Shown piece by piece: positions 38,611-49,362 of a stretch of DNA of 64,000 nt. This stretch comes from Rickettsiales bacterium. GTDB lineage: Bacteria > Pseudomonadota > Alphaproteobacteria > Rickettsiales > JBIKYU01. The stretch lies in contig JBIKYU010000002.1 in the NCBI GenBank assembly GCA_044355085.1, positions 634 through 64,633 of the forward strand. The letters are read 5' to 3'. The notes below the pieces were generated by a model, which saw only the letters and a program-made list of their open reading frames with translations, searched no databases and had not been told where the DNA came from. Every line of letters starts with the position of its first letter. The first letter of the stretch is position 1. The position numbers and the translations under genes were made by a program.

Positions 38611-39684
38611 TTACAATTTTTTATTTTTCAGCGCATAGACATAGCGAATCACATCCGCAACCGCCTGATAATGCTCGAGCGGAATTTCTTCATCTATATC
38701 AGCGCTGCGATATAGAGCCTGCGCAAGCGGCGGATTTTCGACGATAGGAATCTCATTTTCCTCGGCAATTTCACGAATTTTTAGAGCGACAAAATCCTGC
38801 CCCTTAGCAACCACTTTTGGCGCCGCCATACGCTCCATATTATAAGCAAGCGCAATGGCAAAGTGCGTTGGGTTAGTGATTACCACATCAGCCTCGGGAA
38901 CTGCTTGCATCATGCGGTTTCTAGCGCGCTCTTGTCGTAACTCACGCAGCTTTGATTTTATCTCTGGGCTACCTTCGGTTTGCTTATATTCATCGCGAAT
39001 ATCTTGTCGGCTCATGCGCAAATTTTGTCGATATTTTAGGCGCTCATAAATTAAATCTAGAACCGCCAGAACCGCCATTACGATTGCAGCGCCAATCAGC
39101 ACGCGCTTGCTCAAGCTTTGCAGAAAAATCATTAAGCCATTTAGCGAGCCGCTTATCAGCTGCTCCATCATCGGCAAAAGCGGATTAATCGCCATCACCG
39201 CCACCGAGCCAACCAAAATTAATTTGACCAACCCTTTGATAAAATCAACCAAAGACCTGCTCGAAAACAAACGCTTAAATCCTTCAACAATAGATATGCG
39301 CGACGCTTTTGGCATAATCGCTGAAGGCACAATTCTGAAGCCATTTTGCGCAATTGCCGCAACCACAACAACTGCTGCTAAAATAATCATTGGTATCAAT
39401 AAAATCGGCGCAATTTTTTGTAAAATATCGATCAAAACTCCCACCGCATTTTCATGCGATATTTCCAGCAAATCTGCATCTTGAATAAACACGCGCATGC
39501 TTAAGAAAGTTTTTTTCATCGCTTGCGGCATCCACATTATCACCAAAATTGTGAGCACCGATAAAATCAGAAAATGATTTATTTCTCTTGCGATTGGCAC
39601 ATTGCCTTTTTCTTGCGCATCGTCTAGGCGCTTTTGCGTTGGCTCTTCGGTTTTCTGCGATTCATCTTGATCATCACCAGACAC
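38611..39684 (-). CDS. flhB: Flagellar type III export protein FlhB
   Basis: EKTEEPTQKRLDDAQEKGNV start, four TM segments and the autocleavage site NPTHFA. Confidence 0.93.
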   Translation of the reverse strand: MSGDDQDESQKTEEPTQKRLDDAQEKGNVPIAREINHFLILSVLTILVIMWMPQAMKKTFLSMRVFIQDADLLEISHENAVGVLIDILQKIAPILLIPMIILAAVVVVAAIAQNGFRIVPSAIMPKASRISIVEGFKRLFSSRSLVDFIKGLVKLILVGSVAVMAINPLLPMMEQLISGSLNGLMIFLQSLSKRVLIGAAIVMAVLAVLDLIYERLKYRQNLRMSRQDIRDEYKQTEGSPEIKSKLRELRQERARNRMMQAVPEADVVITNPTHFAIALAYNMERMAAPKVVAKGQDFVALKIREIAEENEIPIVENPPLAQALYRSADIDEEIPLEHYQAVADVIRYVYALKNKKL

Positions 39685-40458
39685 TTACATTCCCCCACCA
39701 GGAAGCCACATCAAAGCTGATTCCTCAGCTCGCGCCAAGAACCACAGCATCATTGAAGATACAAACATAATCAGAGTTATTAAACCGCCAGCAATTTGTA
39801 CTGGTAAACTGATGAAGAAAATATTCAGCTGCGGCATTAATCTTGCTAAAATTCCGCCCACCAACGCAATCAAAAAACCAACAATTAAATTAGGAACCGA
39901 GAGCTGCAGCGCCAGCGCAAAACTTTCTTGTGTTTTTTGGCTGATAAACTCTGACCAATCTGCAATTGGTAGAATTTCTCCTGGCACAAAAACCGCGTAA
40001 CTACTAACCACGCCGCGCAGCCAAGCATGATGTAAATCCATCGCAAACGCCGCCGCTAACGCAGTAAGAGAAAGCAAAACGCCAATTTCCGACCCTTGCG
40101 ATTGTTGCGCCGGATCAAACATGCTGCCCGATGCCAAACCCATATGCATAGCAATCATCATGCCCAAACTATGTAGCGCAGAGAATAAAATCCGCACCGA
40201 TATTCCCATAAAAAAACCGATCAAAATTTCTTTGATCAGCAGAAATAAAACCATAAGCATTGAAGCAGGAATCACCCCAGGCAATTTTACCGACAATTGC
40301 GGCAACAGCAGCAAAACCGCACCAACTGCGAACCATAGCCGCGCACGGCTAAAAATATATGACTCAGAAAAACCAGGAAGAACCACAAACATCGTGCCCA
40401 CACGCGCCATTATCATCAGCGCATGAAAAACTGTCAGCTCGGTAATTTCTGTAAACAT
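39685..40458 (-). CDS. fliR: Flagellar export apparatus protein FliR
   Basis: A 257-aa polytopic membrane protein lying between fliQ and flhB, with its stop adjacent to the flhB start. Confidence 0.88.
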   Translation of the reverse strand: MFTEITELTVFHALMIMARVGTMFVVLPGFSESYIFSRARLWFAVGAVLLLLPQLSVKLPGVIPASMLMVLFLLIKEILIGFFMGISVRILFSALHSLGMMIAMHMGLASGSMFDPAQQSQGSEIGVLLSLTALAAAFAMDLHHAWLRGVVSSYAVFVPGEILPIADWSEFISQKTQESFALALQLSVPNLIVGFLIALVGGILARLMPQLNIFFISLPVQIAGGLITLIMFVSSMMLWFLARAEESALMWLPGGGM

Positions 40459-40551
40459 TTTTATACCAATTGAGCTTTACTAGACTTAAATAATTCGCAG
40501 AAATGATTGTTATAAAATAACAAAAATATTTTATAGAAGACTTTAAAAGAA

Positions 40552-40821
40552 TCATTCATCTGAATGAACGATTCTCTCCGCCAATCTTTCCGTAAGTCGC
40601 GCCACATGGCCGCCAATAAAGGGAAAGAACACAATCAGCACGACAAAAACTACAACAATTTTTGGCACAAACGTCAATGTGGTTTCCTGAATTTGCGTCA
40701 AGGCCTGAAACAGGGAAATCAGCAAACCAACCGCCATTGCTGAAAGCAAAACTGGAGCCGCAATCAACAGCAAAACCGAAAAAGCATCGCGCGCTACTTC
40801 GAGCGCTTCCATTGATGTCAT
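40552..40821 (-). CDS. fliQ: Flagellar export apparatus protein FliQ
   Basis: An 89-aa two-TM protein (MTSMEALEVARDAFSVLLLIAAPVLL...QIQETTLTFVPKI). The start is at Met65 of the track ORF. Confidence 0.9.
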   Translation of the reverse strand: MTSMEALEVARDAFSVLLLIAAPVLLSAMAVGLLISLFQALTQIQETTLTFVPKIVVVFVVLIVFFPFIGGHVARLTERLAERIVHSDE

Positions 40822-40867
40822 TCTTTTCCCCGAATTCAAAAAATTTTTAGCTGCTTTATAAAAAGCG

Positions 40868-40947
40868 AAACTGCGTTTTGCATCGCTCGTAAAAAGTACG
40901 TGAGAAGCGAAGCGTAACAAAACTGCGTTTTGCATCGCTCGTAAAAA
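40868..40947. repeat. 28-nt direct repeat x2 (period 52 nt) in the fliE-fliQ spacer
   Basis: AAACTGCGTTTTGCATCGCTCGTAAAAA occurs identically at 40868-40895 and 40920-40947. Confidence 0.85.
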
Positions 40948-40963
40948 ACTATATGCGAAAAAA

Positions 40964-41269
40964 CTAGACTGGCATGCGAATAATTTCTTGCAAAGCCGCA
41001 ACAAACCTATCACGCACGGAAACTAAGGTGCGCAGCTGTAGATCTGCTTGCGTTACTGCTGAGACGAGATCATTGGCGCTTACTTTTTTTGCAACAAAAT
41101 TTTCTGCTGTTACTTCGGCATTGCGAACTGACTGCACGGCATCTGTTATAATATTACGAAATCCTCCCGCCACTTGATCGGCGGAAGAAACTCCCGCATC
41201 GCTGCGCTCGAATTGCATAGAAGAAGCTTGTTTGTAGGCTTGTAGCGCCGCTTGAATATTAGAAGCCAT
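40964..41269 (-). CDS. fliE: Flagellar hook-basal body complex protein FliE
   Basis: About 100 aa with the FliE-type C-terminus LRTLVSVRDRFVAALQEIIRMPV. It follows flgC. Confidence 0.85.
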   Translation of the reverse strand: MASNIQAALQAYKQASSMQFERSDAGVSSADQVAGGFRNIITDAVQSVRNAEVTAENFVAKKVSANDLVSAVTQADLQLRTLVSVRDRFVAALQEIIRMPV

Positions 41270-41286
41270 TTATTTATTTCCTATTT

Positions 41287-41694
41287 TTATCGCATTAGAT
41301 CCAAGGTTTTTAGCAACATTGCTCTGCTTGCTTCTGCTGCTGTCATATTCGCTTCGAAAGCGCTTTGCGCCTCCATCATGTCCGCCATTTCAACGCTAAG
41401 ATTAACATTCGGCAAAGCAACCTGACCATTAGCATTTGCCGCTTTATTGCCTGGATCGTAAACCGAACGAAAAGGCGCATCATCACGCGCAATCTTTGAC
41501 ACCTCAACTACACGCGCGCCAGTGCTGCGGTCCATAACCTCACGAAAAGCTATAGTTTTGCGCTTATATGGATCTTCTTTTGCTGATGATGGCGTGGTTT
41601 TTTCATTGGCTATATTTTCTGCAACAATGCGCATACGCGCACTTTGCGCTTTCATTCCTGATGCCGAAGTAATCAAAGAACTTTCTAGATCCAT
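41287..41694 (-). CDS. flgC: Flagellar basal-body rod protein FlgC
   Basis: Rod N-terminal motif RMRIVAENIANEKTT and a rod-type C-terminus. Confidence 0.92.
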   Translation of the reverse strand: MDLESSLITSASGMKAQSARMRIVAENIANEKTTPSSAKEDPYKRKTIAFREVMDRSTGARVVEVSKIARDDAPFRSVYDPGNKAANANGQVALPNVNLSVEMADMMEAQSAFEANMTAAEASRAMLLKTLDLMR

Positions 41695-41728
41695 AACCTT
41701 ACTTAAAAAACGTTATTTTATAACAAAA

Positions 41729-42127
41729 CTATGAAGAAGGCGACCCAAGCGCCACGCGGAACATATCTTGAATTTTTCTATACACACTCAAAGCCTCCTG
41801 GTGCTCCAAGCGAATATTAGACAGCGATATCATTTGCTCCTGCAGGCTTACCGTATTGCCGCTTGGTGATGCAATCGCATCTTTGTTTTCTTTGATTTTA
41901 TATGGCGATGAAATTTTTGAACCCTCAGAATGCTGAGAATCCGTGCGAAACACCGGCTGAGTTAATTTTTCTACTTGCGAAAAAAAATCTGGACGCTCAA
42001 CATCCTGCGCCCGATATCCAGGCGTATTCGCATTAGCAATATTTCGATTTATCACAGATTGCCGCGCACCGAGATAATCCATCATGCGCTGCAAAGCGTT
42101 AGTAATTGGCGCTGAATTTAAAGCCAT
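41729..42127 (-). CDS. flgB: Flagellar basal-body rod protein FlgB
   Basis: NRNIANANTPGYRAQDV motif. It is the first gene of the flgB-flgC-fliE block. Confidence 0.9.
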   Translation of the reverse strand: MALNSAPITNALQRMMDYLGARQSVINRNIANANTPGYRAQDVERPDFFSQVEKLTQPVFRTDSQHSEGSKISSPYKIKENKDAIASPSGNTVSLQEQMISLSNIRLEHQEALSVYRKIQDMFRVALGSPSS

Positions 42128-42345
42128 AGAAGCCCCCGAGAATCAAGAAAAATCATCGAGAAAAACCAGCTTCCTGCTAGAGCAAAACTTCTACATGAAA
42201 AATTTTTAATCGGACAAATCTTCTAACAAAATTCAACCTACAAAGTCTATCTCTTTATCCTTACCGCAGAAATTTTTCTGCATAAAATTTTTGATAAAAA
42301 TTTAATCCTCTATTTTTATCCTTCTATTTTACAGATGGCAAAACC

Positions 42346-43362
42346 TTGCCTATATCGATTGCAAAATTTTTCTCCACAGAAAAACTATATCGGTTTCTCA
42401 TGCGCATAATTTTTTCTTTTCTCGCTTTTGTATTTTTTTTCACCGAGCCAGCAAAAGCTCAAGGCATCTCGTTTGCAGAGTTCATACAAGAAATTCATCA
42501 CGAAGCCTTAGCCGCAGGAATTAGCGAACAAACCCTTATTTCTGCTTTTAAAAACATTGAAGAAAACGAACGCGTAATCGCATTAGATCGCACGCAACCT
42601 TCGCATAAAACTGTTTCCTTCAAACGCTATATCGAGCGCACTCTTCCGAAAAATCGCATCAAACTTGCCAAGAAAAAACTACATGAAAATCGTGCGCTAC
42701 TAAAAAAACTTGAAGCAACCTATCATGTGCCTGGCCGCTTTATCATCGCGCTCTGGGGAATTGAAAGTAATTTCGGACAAAACACGGGCGGATTTTCAGT
42801 AATCGAATCACTTGCAACTCTTGCTTATGAAGGCAGACGCGCAGAATTTTTCCGTAAAGAATTACTGCTTGCTCTGCGCATTATCGATGAAGGGCACATA
42901 GCGGCAGAGCAAATGAAAGGCTCTTGGGCTGGCGCTATGGGCATGCCGCAATTCATGCCCTCCTCTTTTTTAGAGCTTGCTGTTGATGGCAATAATGATG
43001 GAAAAATTGACATCTGGAACAGCAAAGAAGATGCGCTTGCATCGATTGCAAATTATCTTTCAACGCGTGGCTGGAACAAAAAAACTGGCTGGGGCCGAGA
43101 AGTAAAATTAACACAAAATCTAGCCGCAGATATTTTCGGCAAAGAAACAAAAAAATCTTTATCTGCATGGAGCGCCCTAGGCCTACGTCAAAAAAACGGC
43201 AAACCATTGCCAAAAGCCAATATCACCGCATCGCTGATTCGTCCTGCCGAAACTTCTGGACCAAGTTTTCTGATCTATCCAAATTACCATATTCTTTTGG
43301 ATTGGAACCGCTCTCTTTATTTTGCCACTTCTGTTGGCATTTTTGCTGACCATTTAAGATAA
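42346..43362 (+). CDS. Lytic murein transglycosylase (MltB/family 3-like)
   Basis: WGIESNFGQ catalytic-Glu region and GAMGMPQFMPSSF. The start may be the internal MRIIFSF signal peptide. Confidence 0.85.
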   Translation: MPISIAKFFSTEKLYRFLMRIIFSFLAFVFFFTEPAKAQGISFAEFIQEIHHEALAAGISEQTLISAFKNIEENERVIALDRTQPSHKTVSFKRYIERTLPKNRIKLAKKKLHENRALLKKLEATYHVPGRFIIALWGIESNFGQNTGGFSVIESLATLAYEGRRAEFFRKELLLALRIIDEGHIAAEQMKGSWAGAMGMPQFMPSSFLELAVDGNNDGKIDIWNSKEDALASIANYLSTRGWNKKTGWGREVKLTQNLAADIFGKETKKSLSAWSALGLRQKNGKPLPKANITASLIRPAETSGPSFLIYPNYHILLDWNRSLYFATSVGIFADHLR

Positions 43363-43372
43363 AATTATTTTT

Positions 43373-44158
43373 ATGCTCTCATCAAAAAAAATCGCTGCTG
43401 TTTGTTTGTTATTTTTTCTCGCTGGATGTTTTGGCCAAAGCGCTTTGCAAAAGCGTTACGGGGCTTATAAAGTTGGCAAGCCCTATAAAGTTGGCAACAT
43501 CTGGTACACACCAACCACAGACTTAGACTATGAAGAAATTGGCCTGGCTTCTTGGTATGGACCAGGATTTCATCGCGGTAAAACTGCCAATGGTGCAACT
43601 TATAATCAAAAAGACATGACCGCTGCACATCGCACTTTGCCCATGCCTAGCGTTGTTCGTATCACTAATTTAAGCAACGGAAAATCGGTTGAAGCCGTAA
43701 TAAATGATCGCGGCCCTTTTGCAGGAAATCGTATCATCGATGCTTCCAAAACCGTTGCCAAGGAACTTGATTTTATACGCCAAGGAACCGCAAAAGTGCG
43801 AGTAGAATTTCTTCTCGATGAAACCAATGCTTTGCTTAAAAAACTGGGAGAGAAACCTTTCTCAGAAGAAAAATTTTCTAAATCAACACAATCTATCCCT
43901 CAAGAAGCGCCAAAAACCACAGCTGCATCTGGTAAAATTTTTATTCAAGCGGGAAATTTTTCCAATCCTGTCAATGCCAATCGCTTAAGTGAAAAACTCA
44001 AAAATATCGCCAATACGAGTATCAAAAATACTTCTTCTGCAACGCACAGCCAGTACCGCGTTTTGCTTGGGCCCTGGAATGATCGCTCTGCGGCACAAGA
44101 AGCCTTGACACAACTACGTCGCATCGGCCATACCGACGCTATTATTACCTCATATTGA
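43373..44158 (+). CDS. rlpA: Septal ring lytic transglycosylase RlpA-family lipoprotein with SPOR domain
   Basis: Lipobox LAGC, a DPBB domain (ASWYGPGFHRGKTANG...AAHRTLPMPSVVRITNL...NDRGPF) and a C-terminal SPOR-like region. Confidence 0.88.
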   Translation: MLSSKKIAAVCLLFFLAGCFGQSALQKRYGAYKVGKPYKVGNIWYTPTTDLDYEEIGLASWYGPGFHRGKTANGATYNQKDMTAAHRTLPMPSVVRITNLSNGKSVEAVINDRGPFAGNRIIDASKTVAKELDFIRQGTAKVRVEFLLDETNALLKKLGEKPFSEEKFSKSTQSIPQEAPKTTAASGKIFIQAGNFSNPVNANRLSEKLKNIANTSIKNTSSATHSQYRVLLGPWNDRSAAQEALTQLRRIGHTDAIITSY

Positions 44159-45288
44159 GAGACGATTTTATGCTGCGTATTTTATCTCTGCTTATCAGTT
44201 TTTTTCTGATTCTTTCTGCTAGTGGCGCAAAAGCACTAAGCTATGAAAGCCAAGCAAAATTTGCGGTTTTGATGGATGCAAACACTGGCGAAGTCTTGTA
44301 CGAAAAACAAGCGCATGCCAGCATGGTTCCATCATCAATGACCAAATTAATGACTCTGTATATTTTATTTGATCAGCTAAAAAACAAACGCGTCACTTTG
44401 CAAACTCCAGTCACAATCAGCGAGAAAGCCTGGCGCACAGGCGGATCAAAAACTTTCATCGCGCTTGGCAGCCAAGTTACGATCGAAGATCTAATGCGCG
44501 GAGTCGTTATACAATCTGGCAATGACGCCACCGTTGCCATTGCAGAAGCTTTGGCTGGATCAGAAGAAATTTTCAGCCAACATATGAACGAAACCGCAAA
44601 AAAACTCGGCATGCAAAACAGCCATTTTAAGAACTCAAGCGGACTTCCAGAAGAAGGACACGTAAGCACCGCCTATGATCTAGCAGTTCTTGCCCATCAT
44701 CTGATTCACGATTTTCCTGAGTATCATCATTATTTTTCTGAAACAGAATTCACCTATCACGGCATTCGCCAACATAATCGCAATCCTTTGCTTGGCGGAA
44801 ATTTAGGCGTAGACGGCCTGAAAACTGGTCACACCGAAGAAGCTGGATATGGAATAGTTCTCTCAGCACAAAAAGATGGTCGTAGCCTTGTTGCAACCAT
44901 AAACGGCTTAAGTAGCCAGGCAGCAAGAGCTCAAGAAGCAGAGCGCATTTTAACTTTCGGCTTCACCAACTTCAAAAATGTTACTTTATACCAGAAAGGT
45001 CAGGCCATTACTTCTGTTCCTGTCTGGATGGGAGAAGAAGACAAAGCCGAACTTGTTTTTGCTAATGACGTAACTTTGCTCTTACCAATTTATGATAAAT
45101 CTCCGCGCGAGATTTCTATCACCTACAACAAACCACTCTCAGCGCCGCTTGTTCCTGGAACAGTTTACGCCGCACTGAATTTATCTTTTTCCAATAACCG
45201 CACTGAAACCGTTCCGCTCACCGTTGCTAAACCAATGGAGAAAGCAGGTTTTTTCCGCAGAGCTTGGCATAAAATTTCAGCGTTTTAA
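44155..45288 (+). CDS. D-alanyl-D-alanine carboxypeptidase (S11, PBP5/6-like)
   Basis: Signal peptide plus the SMTK (SxxK), SGN and KTGHT motifs. Confidence 0.9.
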   Translation: MRDDFMLRILSLLISFFLILSASGAKALSYESQAKFAVLMDANTGEVLYEKQAHASMVPSSMTKLMTLYILFDQLKNKRVTLQTPVTISEKAWRTGGSKTFIALGSQVTIEDLMRGVVIQSGNDATVAIAEALAGSEEIFSQHMNETAKKLGMQNSHFKNSSGLPEEGHVSTAYDLAVLAHHLIHDFPEYHHYFSETEFTYHGIRQHNRNPLLGGNLGVDGLKTGHTEEAGYGIVLSAQKDGRSLVATINGLSSQAARAQEAERILTFGFTNFKNVTLYQKGQAITSVPVWMGEEDKAELVFANDVTLLLPIYDKSPREISITYNKPLSAPLVPGTVYAALNLSFSNNRTETVPLTVAKPMEKAGFFRRAWHKISAF

Positions 45289-45310
45289 CGCAATGGATTT
45301 CAGCACGACT

Positions 45311-45344
45311 CTAGAGGCGACGTAATACAAAAAATATGAAGCTA
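45311..45344. repeat. Short dispersed repeat module (copy c4) abutting the ccmB stop codon
   Basis: GGCGACGTAATACAAAAAATATGAAGCTATT is about 85% identical to 11898-11927. It has the same position relative to a minus-strand GAG-TAA gene end. Confidence 0.65.
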
Positions 45345-46001
45345 TTACTCTTCGATGATTATGCGCAACATAACTGGCACCACCAACCCCATCAGCGGCA
45401 CGGAAATAAAAGCCAGCCCTAGAAGAATTAGCAAGGCTTCTGCTGCTGATTGATTTGAGGAAAGCGCACTGGCGCCAAACATCATTGCGGGCAATGTCCA
45501 GGGCAGAACTACTATTACCAGCCATTGTCCTGCACGCTCCGAGGCCAGCAGCAGCGCTGCAGCTATTATCATCCAGGCGCTGATACTAAGCGCGCCGAAC
45601 AACAACACTAGAAACCAGAAATATAATTCAGGATTTTCAATATCCAGAAACGGCAATAAAATTGGCAGCAAAAAAACAATCGGCAAAACCAACGTCAAGA
45701 AATGCGTAAAATATTTTGCCCAAACTAAATATGTGAGTTTTTGTTTGCTATGCCACAGCGCTAGAACTCCTTGCCCGTGATCTTCAGAAAAAATCCGCGC
45801 TGAAGAAAGAAACGCCGCACACAACAAAACCACCCACAACATCAGCGGCGCTAGAGCCGCAACATTATCACTTCCAGCTGGTAACATTAGCGGATAAGAA
45901 AACATCAGCATGACAAAAAACAACAAAGGCGATAAAGCTGAAACTGGCTCCTTTGCTATCTTTCGCCATTCCACGAAAATCATCAGAAACATTGTTCTCA
46001 T
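45345..46001 (-). CDS. ccmB: Heme exporter protein CcmB
   Basis: A 218-aa six-TM protein with a 4-bp overlap with ccmA. Confidence 0.87.
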   Translation of the reverse strand: MRTMFLMIFVEWRKIAKEPVSALSPLLFFVMLMFSYPLMLPAGSDNVAALAPLMLWVVLLCAAFLSSARIFSEDHGQGVLALWHSKQKLTYLVWAKYFTHFLTLVLPIVFLLPILLPFLDIENPELYFWFLVLLFGALSISAWMIIAAALLLASERAGQWLVIVVLPWTLPAMMFGASALSSNQSAAEALLILLGLAFISVPLMGLVVPVMLRIIIEE

Positions 46002-46615
46002 GGAATAAAATCCTCCATTTGCAAAATTACGTGTTGCGGATTTTGTAGCGCTCCGTGATGCGAATAAACCACCACACCTTCTTGCGCGCGAATTTCCATC
46101 GCATTTTCCAGCCGCTGTTTTGCTGCAGAATCGAGCGCTGCGAATGGTTCATCTAAAATCCAAACATTGGAATTCATCGCCATCAATCTTGCTAGCGCCA
46201 CACGTTTTTGCCATCCCGCCGAAAGTTTTCTTACTGATTCTTGCGCGAGTTCTTCAAGCTCCCAATAAGCAAGTGATGCTTCTATTGATTCCATGCTTTG
46301 TGTGACTCGCGCAAAGAAACTAATATTTTCTAGAACCGAAAGACCAGGCCACAAGGCTAGACTATGCCCCAAAAATCCGACATCTTCTGCATATTCCAAA
46401 CGCTCTTTGTAAATATCTTCATCCCAAACTTTTACAAAACCTGACTTTGGCGGGCGAATCCCCGCAAGCGTAGCAAGCAAAGTGCTCTTGCCAACACCGT
46501 TTTTTCCCTGCACACAAAGTATCGCGCCGCTGGGCAAAAAAACTCCTAGACCATCACTAAGAATTTTCTCCGCACGTGCAATTGTAAGACCTTCTATTTC
46601 CAACAATGTCTTCAT
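45998..46615 (-). CDS. ccmA: Cytochrome c biogenesis heme-exporting ABC ATPase CcmA
   Basis: Walker A GKNGVGKST, signature LSAGWQKR and Walker B WILDEP. Confidence 0.9.
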   Translation of the reverse strand: MKTLLEIEGLTIARAEKILSDGLGVFLPSGAILCVQGKNGVGKSTLLATLAGIRPPKSGFVKVWDEDIYKERLEYAEDVGFLGHSLALWPGLSVLENISFFARVTQSMESIEASLAYWELEELAQESVRKLSAGWQKRVALARLMAMNSNVWILDEPFAALDSAAKQRLENAMEIRAQEGVVVYSHHGALQNPQHVILQMEDFIP

Positions 46616-46692
46616 CCCCTTGCAATTGAAGATTACAGGCCGTAGTTTTGGACGCCTTTTCTTTTAACTAATAATTTAAGGTTGCTGCAGTT

Positions 46693-49353
46693 ATGTCCGA
46701 GCCACGCCAATCATTATCCGTACAAAATCGCAACTATACTTACGTAAGCTTGCCAGAAGCCGCAAAAAAGCGCGGCAAAGATATTTCCCGCCTGCCTTAT
46801 ACACTAAAAATTCTCCTCGAGAATCTTCTTCGCTGCAAAGATAACGTAAGCGTAAGCGAAGATGATATTTTAGCCGTGATGGATTGGGTAAAAGAAAAAA
46901 AATCCGAACGCGAAATTGCCTATCGTCCTGCTCGCGTTCTGATGCAGGATTTTACAGGCGTTCCAGCCGTTGTCGATTTAGCCGCAATGCGCGAAGCCGT
47001 TCTCGCTTTGGGCGGAGACCCGCAAAAAATTAATCCGCTTGCGCCAGTTGATTTGGTAATCGATCACTCAGTTCAGGTTGATCATTTTGGCAGCGCTGAT
47101 GCTTTCAAAAAAAATGTTGATCTTGAAATGGAGCGCAACAGCGAGCGCTATTCTTTCTTACGTTGGGGCCAGCGCGCATTTGAAAATTTCCGCGTCGTTC
47201 CACCAGGAACTGGAATTTGTCACCAAGTAAATCTTGAATATTTAGCTGAAGTGGTTTGGAGCAAAAGCGAAAATGGCCAAACTATTCTTTATCCAGACAC
47301 ACTCGTTGGCACAGATTCTCACACCACAATGATCAATGGTTTAGCCGTTCTTGGCTGGGGAGTTGGCGGAATAGAAGCTGAAGCTGCAATGCTTGGCCAG
47401 CCCGTTTCAATGGTTATTCCTGAAGTTGTCGGCATGGAATTAAAAGGAAAAATTCCTGAAGGAATTACTGCAACCGATGTGGTTTTAACCGTCACTGAAA
47501 TCTTACGCAAAAAAGGTGTAGTGGGTAAATTCGTCGAATTTTTCGGCGATGGTTTGGCTTCACTTTCTTTAGCTGATCGCGCAACCATTGCTAATATGGC
47601 TCCTGAATACGGCGCCACTTGTGGATTCTTCCCAATTGACGAAGAAACAATTCGTTTCTTGCGCTTAACTGCGCGCAAAACCGAAATCATCGAGCGCGTT
47701 GAAGCTTACGCGAAAGCGCAAGGCCTGTGGCGCGATGCCAACAGCCCTGTACCAGTTTTCACCGAAACTCTCGCACTCGATTTATCAAGCGTGAAGCCGA
47801 GTTTAGCTGGCCCAAAACGCCCGCAAGATCGCGTTACTCTCTCTGATGTTGCGCGCTCTTTTGCTGAAACTCTTCCTAGCTTTAAAGGCGGAGAAAAACC
47901 AATATCTGCTCCTGTTGCTGGCGCATCTTATGCGCTTTCACATGGTGATATTGTCATCGCCGCAATAACTAGCTGCACCAACACTTCTAATCCTTCTGTA
48001 TTGCTTGCTGCTGGCTTGCTTGCGCGTAAAGCCAGAGCAAAAGGCCTAACCAGCAAACCTTGGGTAAAAACTTCTCTTGCTCCTGGCTCGCAAGTTGTCA
48101 CCGCCTATCTTGAAAAAACTGGCCTGCTAAAAGATCTCGAAGAACTAGGCTTCAACATTGTTGGTTATGGCTGCACTACCTGCATTGGCAACTCAGGACC
48201 ACTTCCAGATGCAATTGAAAATGCCTTGCGTGAACATGAAGTGGTTGCGACTTCTGTGCTTTCTGGAAATCGCAATTTTGAAGGACGCGTACATCCGCTT
48301 GCCAAAGCCAATTATTTAGCTTCTCCACCGCTTGTTGTTGCTTACGCTTTAGCTGGAAACATCACGTGCGATTTAACCACCACCGCAATTGGCAATGACC
48401 AATCGGGGAATCCTGTTTATCTCAAAGATATTTGGCCATCTAATCAAGAAATCTCTGCGGTTATGGCCCAAGCAATCACCGCCGAAATGTTCGCTGAAAA
48501 ATACGCAAATGTTTTCCAAGGCGATGCCGCTTGGCAAGCCATAAAAGTTACTGAAAGCCAAACCTATAAATGGGAAAAAAACAGCACCTATATCAAAAAT
48601 CCGCCTTATTTCGAGAACATGCCACGCACACCTGCTAAGCGCGGAAACATAGAGAACGCAACCATCTTAGCCCTTCTTGGTGATAGCGTTACCACCGATC
48701 ATATTTCTCCCGCTGGTAATATCGCCAAACAATCTCCTGCTGCTGTTTATCTTGAATCACGCGGAGTTGCGCGCGCTGATTTTAATTCCTACGGCGCCAG
48801 ACGCGGCAATGATGATGTAATGGTGCGCGGAACTTTTGCCAATATTCGCTTGAAAAACGAAATGGTTCCAGGAACTGAAGGCGGCGTCACCAAACATATT
48901 CCGAGCGGAGAAATCTGCTCAATCTTTGATGCCGCAATGCGCTATCGTCAAACCAACACGCCACTTTTTGTCATTGCTGGAAAAGAATACGGCACGGGCT
49001 CATCGCGCGATTGGGCCGCAAAAGGCACAGGGCTTCTGGGTGTGAAGGCTGTACTTGCTGAAAGTTTCGAGCGCATTCATCGCTCTAATTTAGTTGGCAT
49101 GGGAATTCTTCCGCTAATTTTTTCTGCTGGAACAACACGCCAAAGTCTCAAACTAGACGGCAGTGAAACCATCACGCTGAAAGGATTGGAAGGAAATATT
49201 TCTCCTGGGCTTATTCTAAATTGCGAAATCACGCGCGCAAATGGTAAAAGTGAAACCATAAAAGTAACCTGCCGCCTAGATACTGAAGAGGAAGTTTCCT
49301 ACTATCAGCATGGCGGAATCTTACATTACGTGGTGCGCAACTTGGCCGCATAG
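46693..49353 (+). CDS. acnA: Aconitate hydratase A
   Basis: 886 aa with the IRP/AcnA-type motifs [26 protein letters not shown] and SGNRNFEGR. Confidence 0.95.
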   Translation: MSEPRQSLSVQNRNYTYVSLPEAAKKRGKDISRLPYTLKILLENLLRCKDNVSVSEDDILAVMDWVKEKKSEREIAYRPARVLMQDFTGVPAVVDLAAMREAVLALGGDPQKINPLAPVDLVIDHSVQVDHFGSADAFKKNVDLEMERNSERYSFLRWGQRAFENFRVVPPGTGICHQVNLEYLAEVVWSKSENGQTILYPDTLVGTDSHTTMINGLAVLGWGVGGIEAEAAMLGQPVSMVIPEVVGMELKGKIPEGITATDVVLTVTEILRKKGVVGKFVEFFGDGLASLSLADRATIANMAPEYGATCGFFPIDEETIRFLRLTARKTEIIERVEAYAKAQGLWRDANSPVPVFTETLALDLSSVKPSLAGPKRPQDRVTLSDVARSFAETLPSFKGGEKPISAPVAGASYALSHGDIVIAAITSCTNTSNPSVLLAAGLLARKARAKGLTSKPWVKTSLAPGSQVVTAYLEKTGLLKDLEELGFNIVGYGCTTCIGNSGPLPDAIENALREHEVVATSVLSGNRNFEGRVHPLAKANYLASPPLVVAYALAGNITCDLTTTAIGNDQSGNPVYLKDIWPSNQEISAVMAQAITAEMFAEKYANVFQGDAAWQAIKVTESQTYKWEKNSTYIKNPPYFENMPRTPAKRGNIENATILALLGDSVTTDHISPAGNIAKQSPAAVYLESRGVARADFNSYGARRGNDDVMVRGTFANIRLKNEMVPGTEGGVTKHIPSGEICSIFDAAMRYRQTNTPLFVIAGKEYGTGSSRDWAAKGTGLLGVKAVLAESFERIHRSNLVGMGILPLIFSAGTTRQSLKLDGSETITLKGLEGNISPGLILNCEITRANGKSETIKVTCRLDTEEEVSYYQHGGILHYVVRNLAA

Positions 49354-49362
49354 ATTTGTGCT

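Noticed and set aside
40868-40947. Whether the 28-nt direct repeats could be a mini CRISPR array.
   Set aside because: There are only two repeat units, with a single 24-nt spacer. No cas genes are present and the location is inside an operon spacer, so I treated it as a plain direct repeat.
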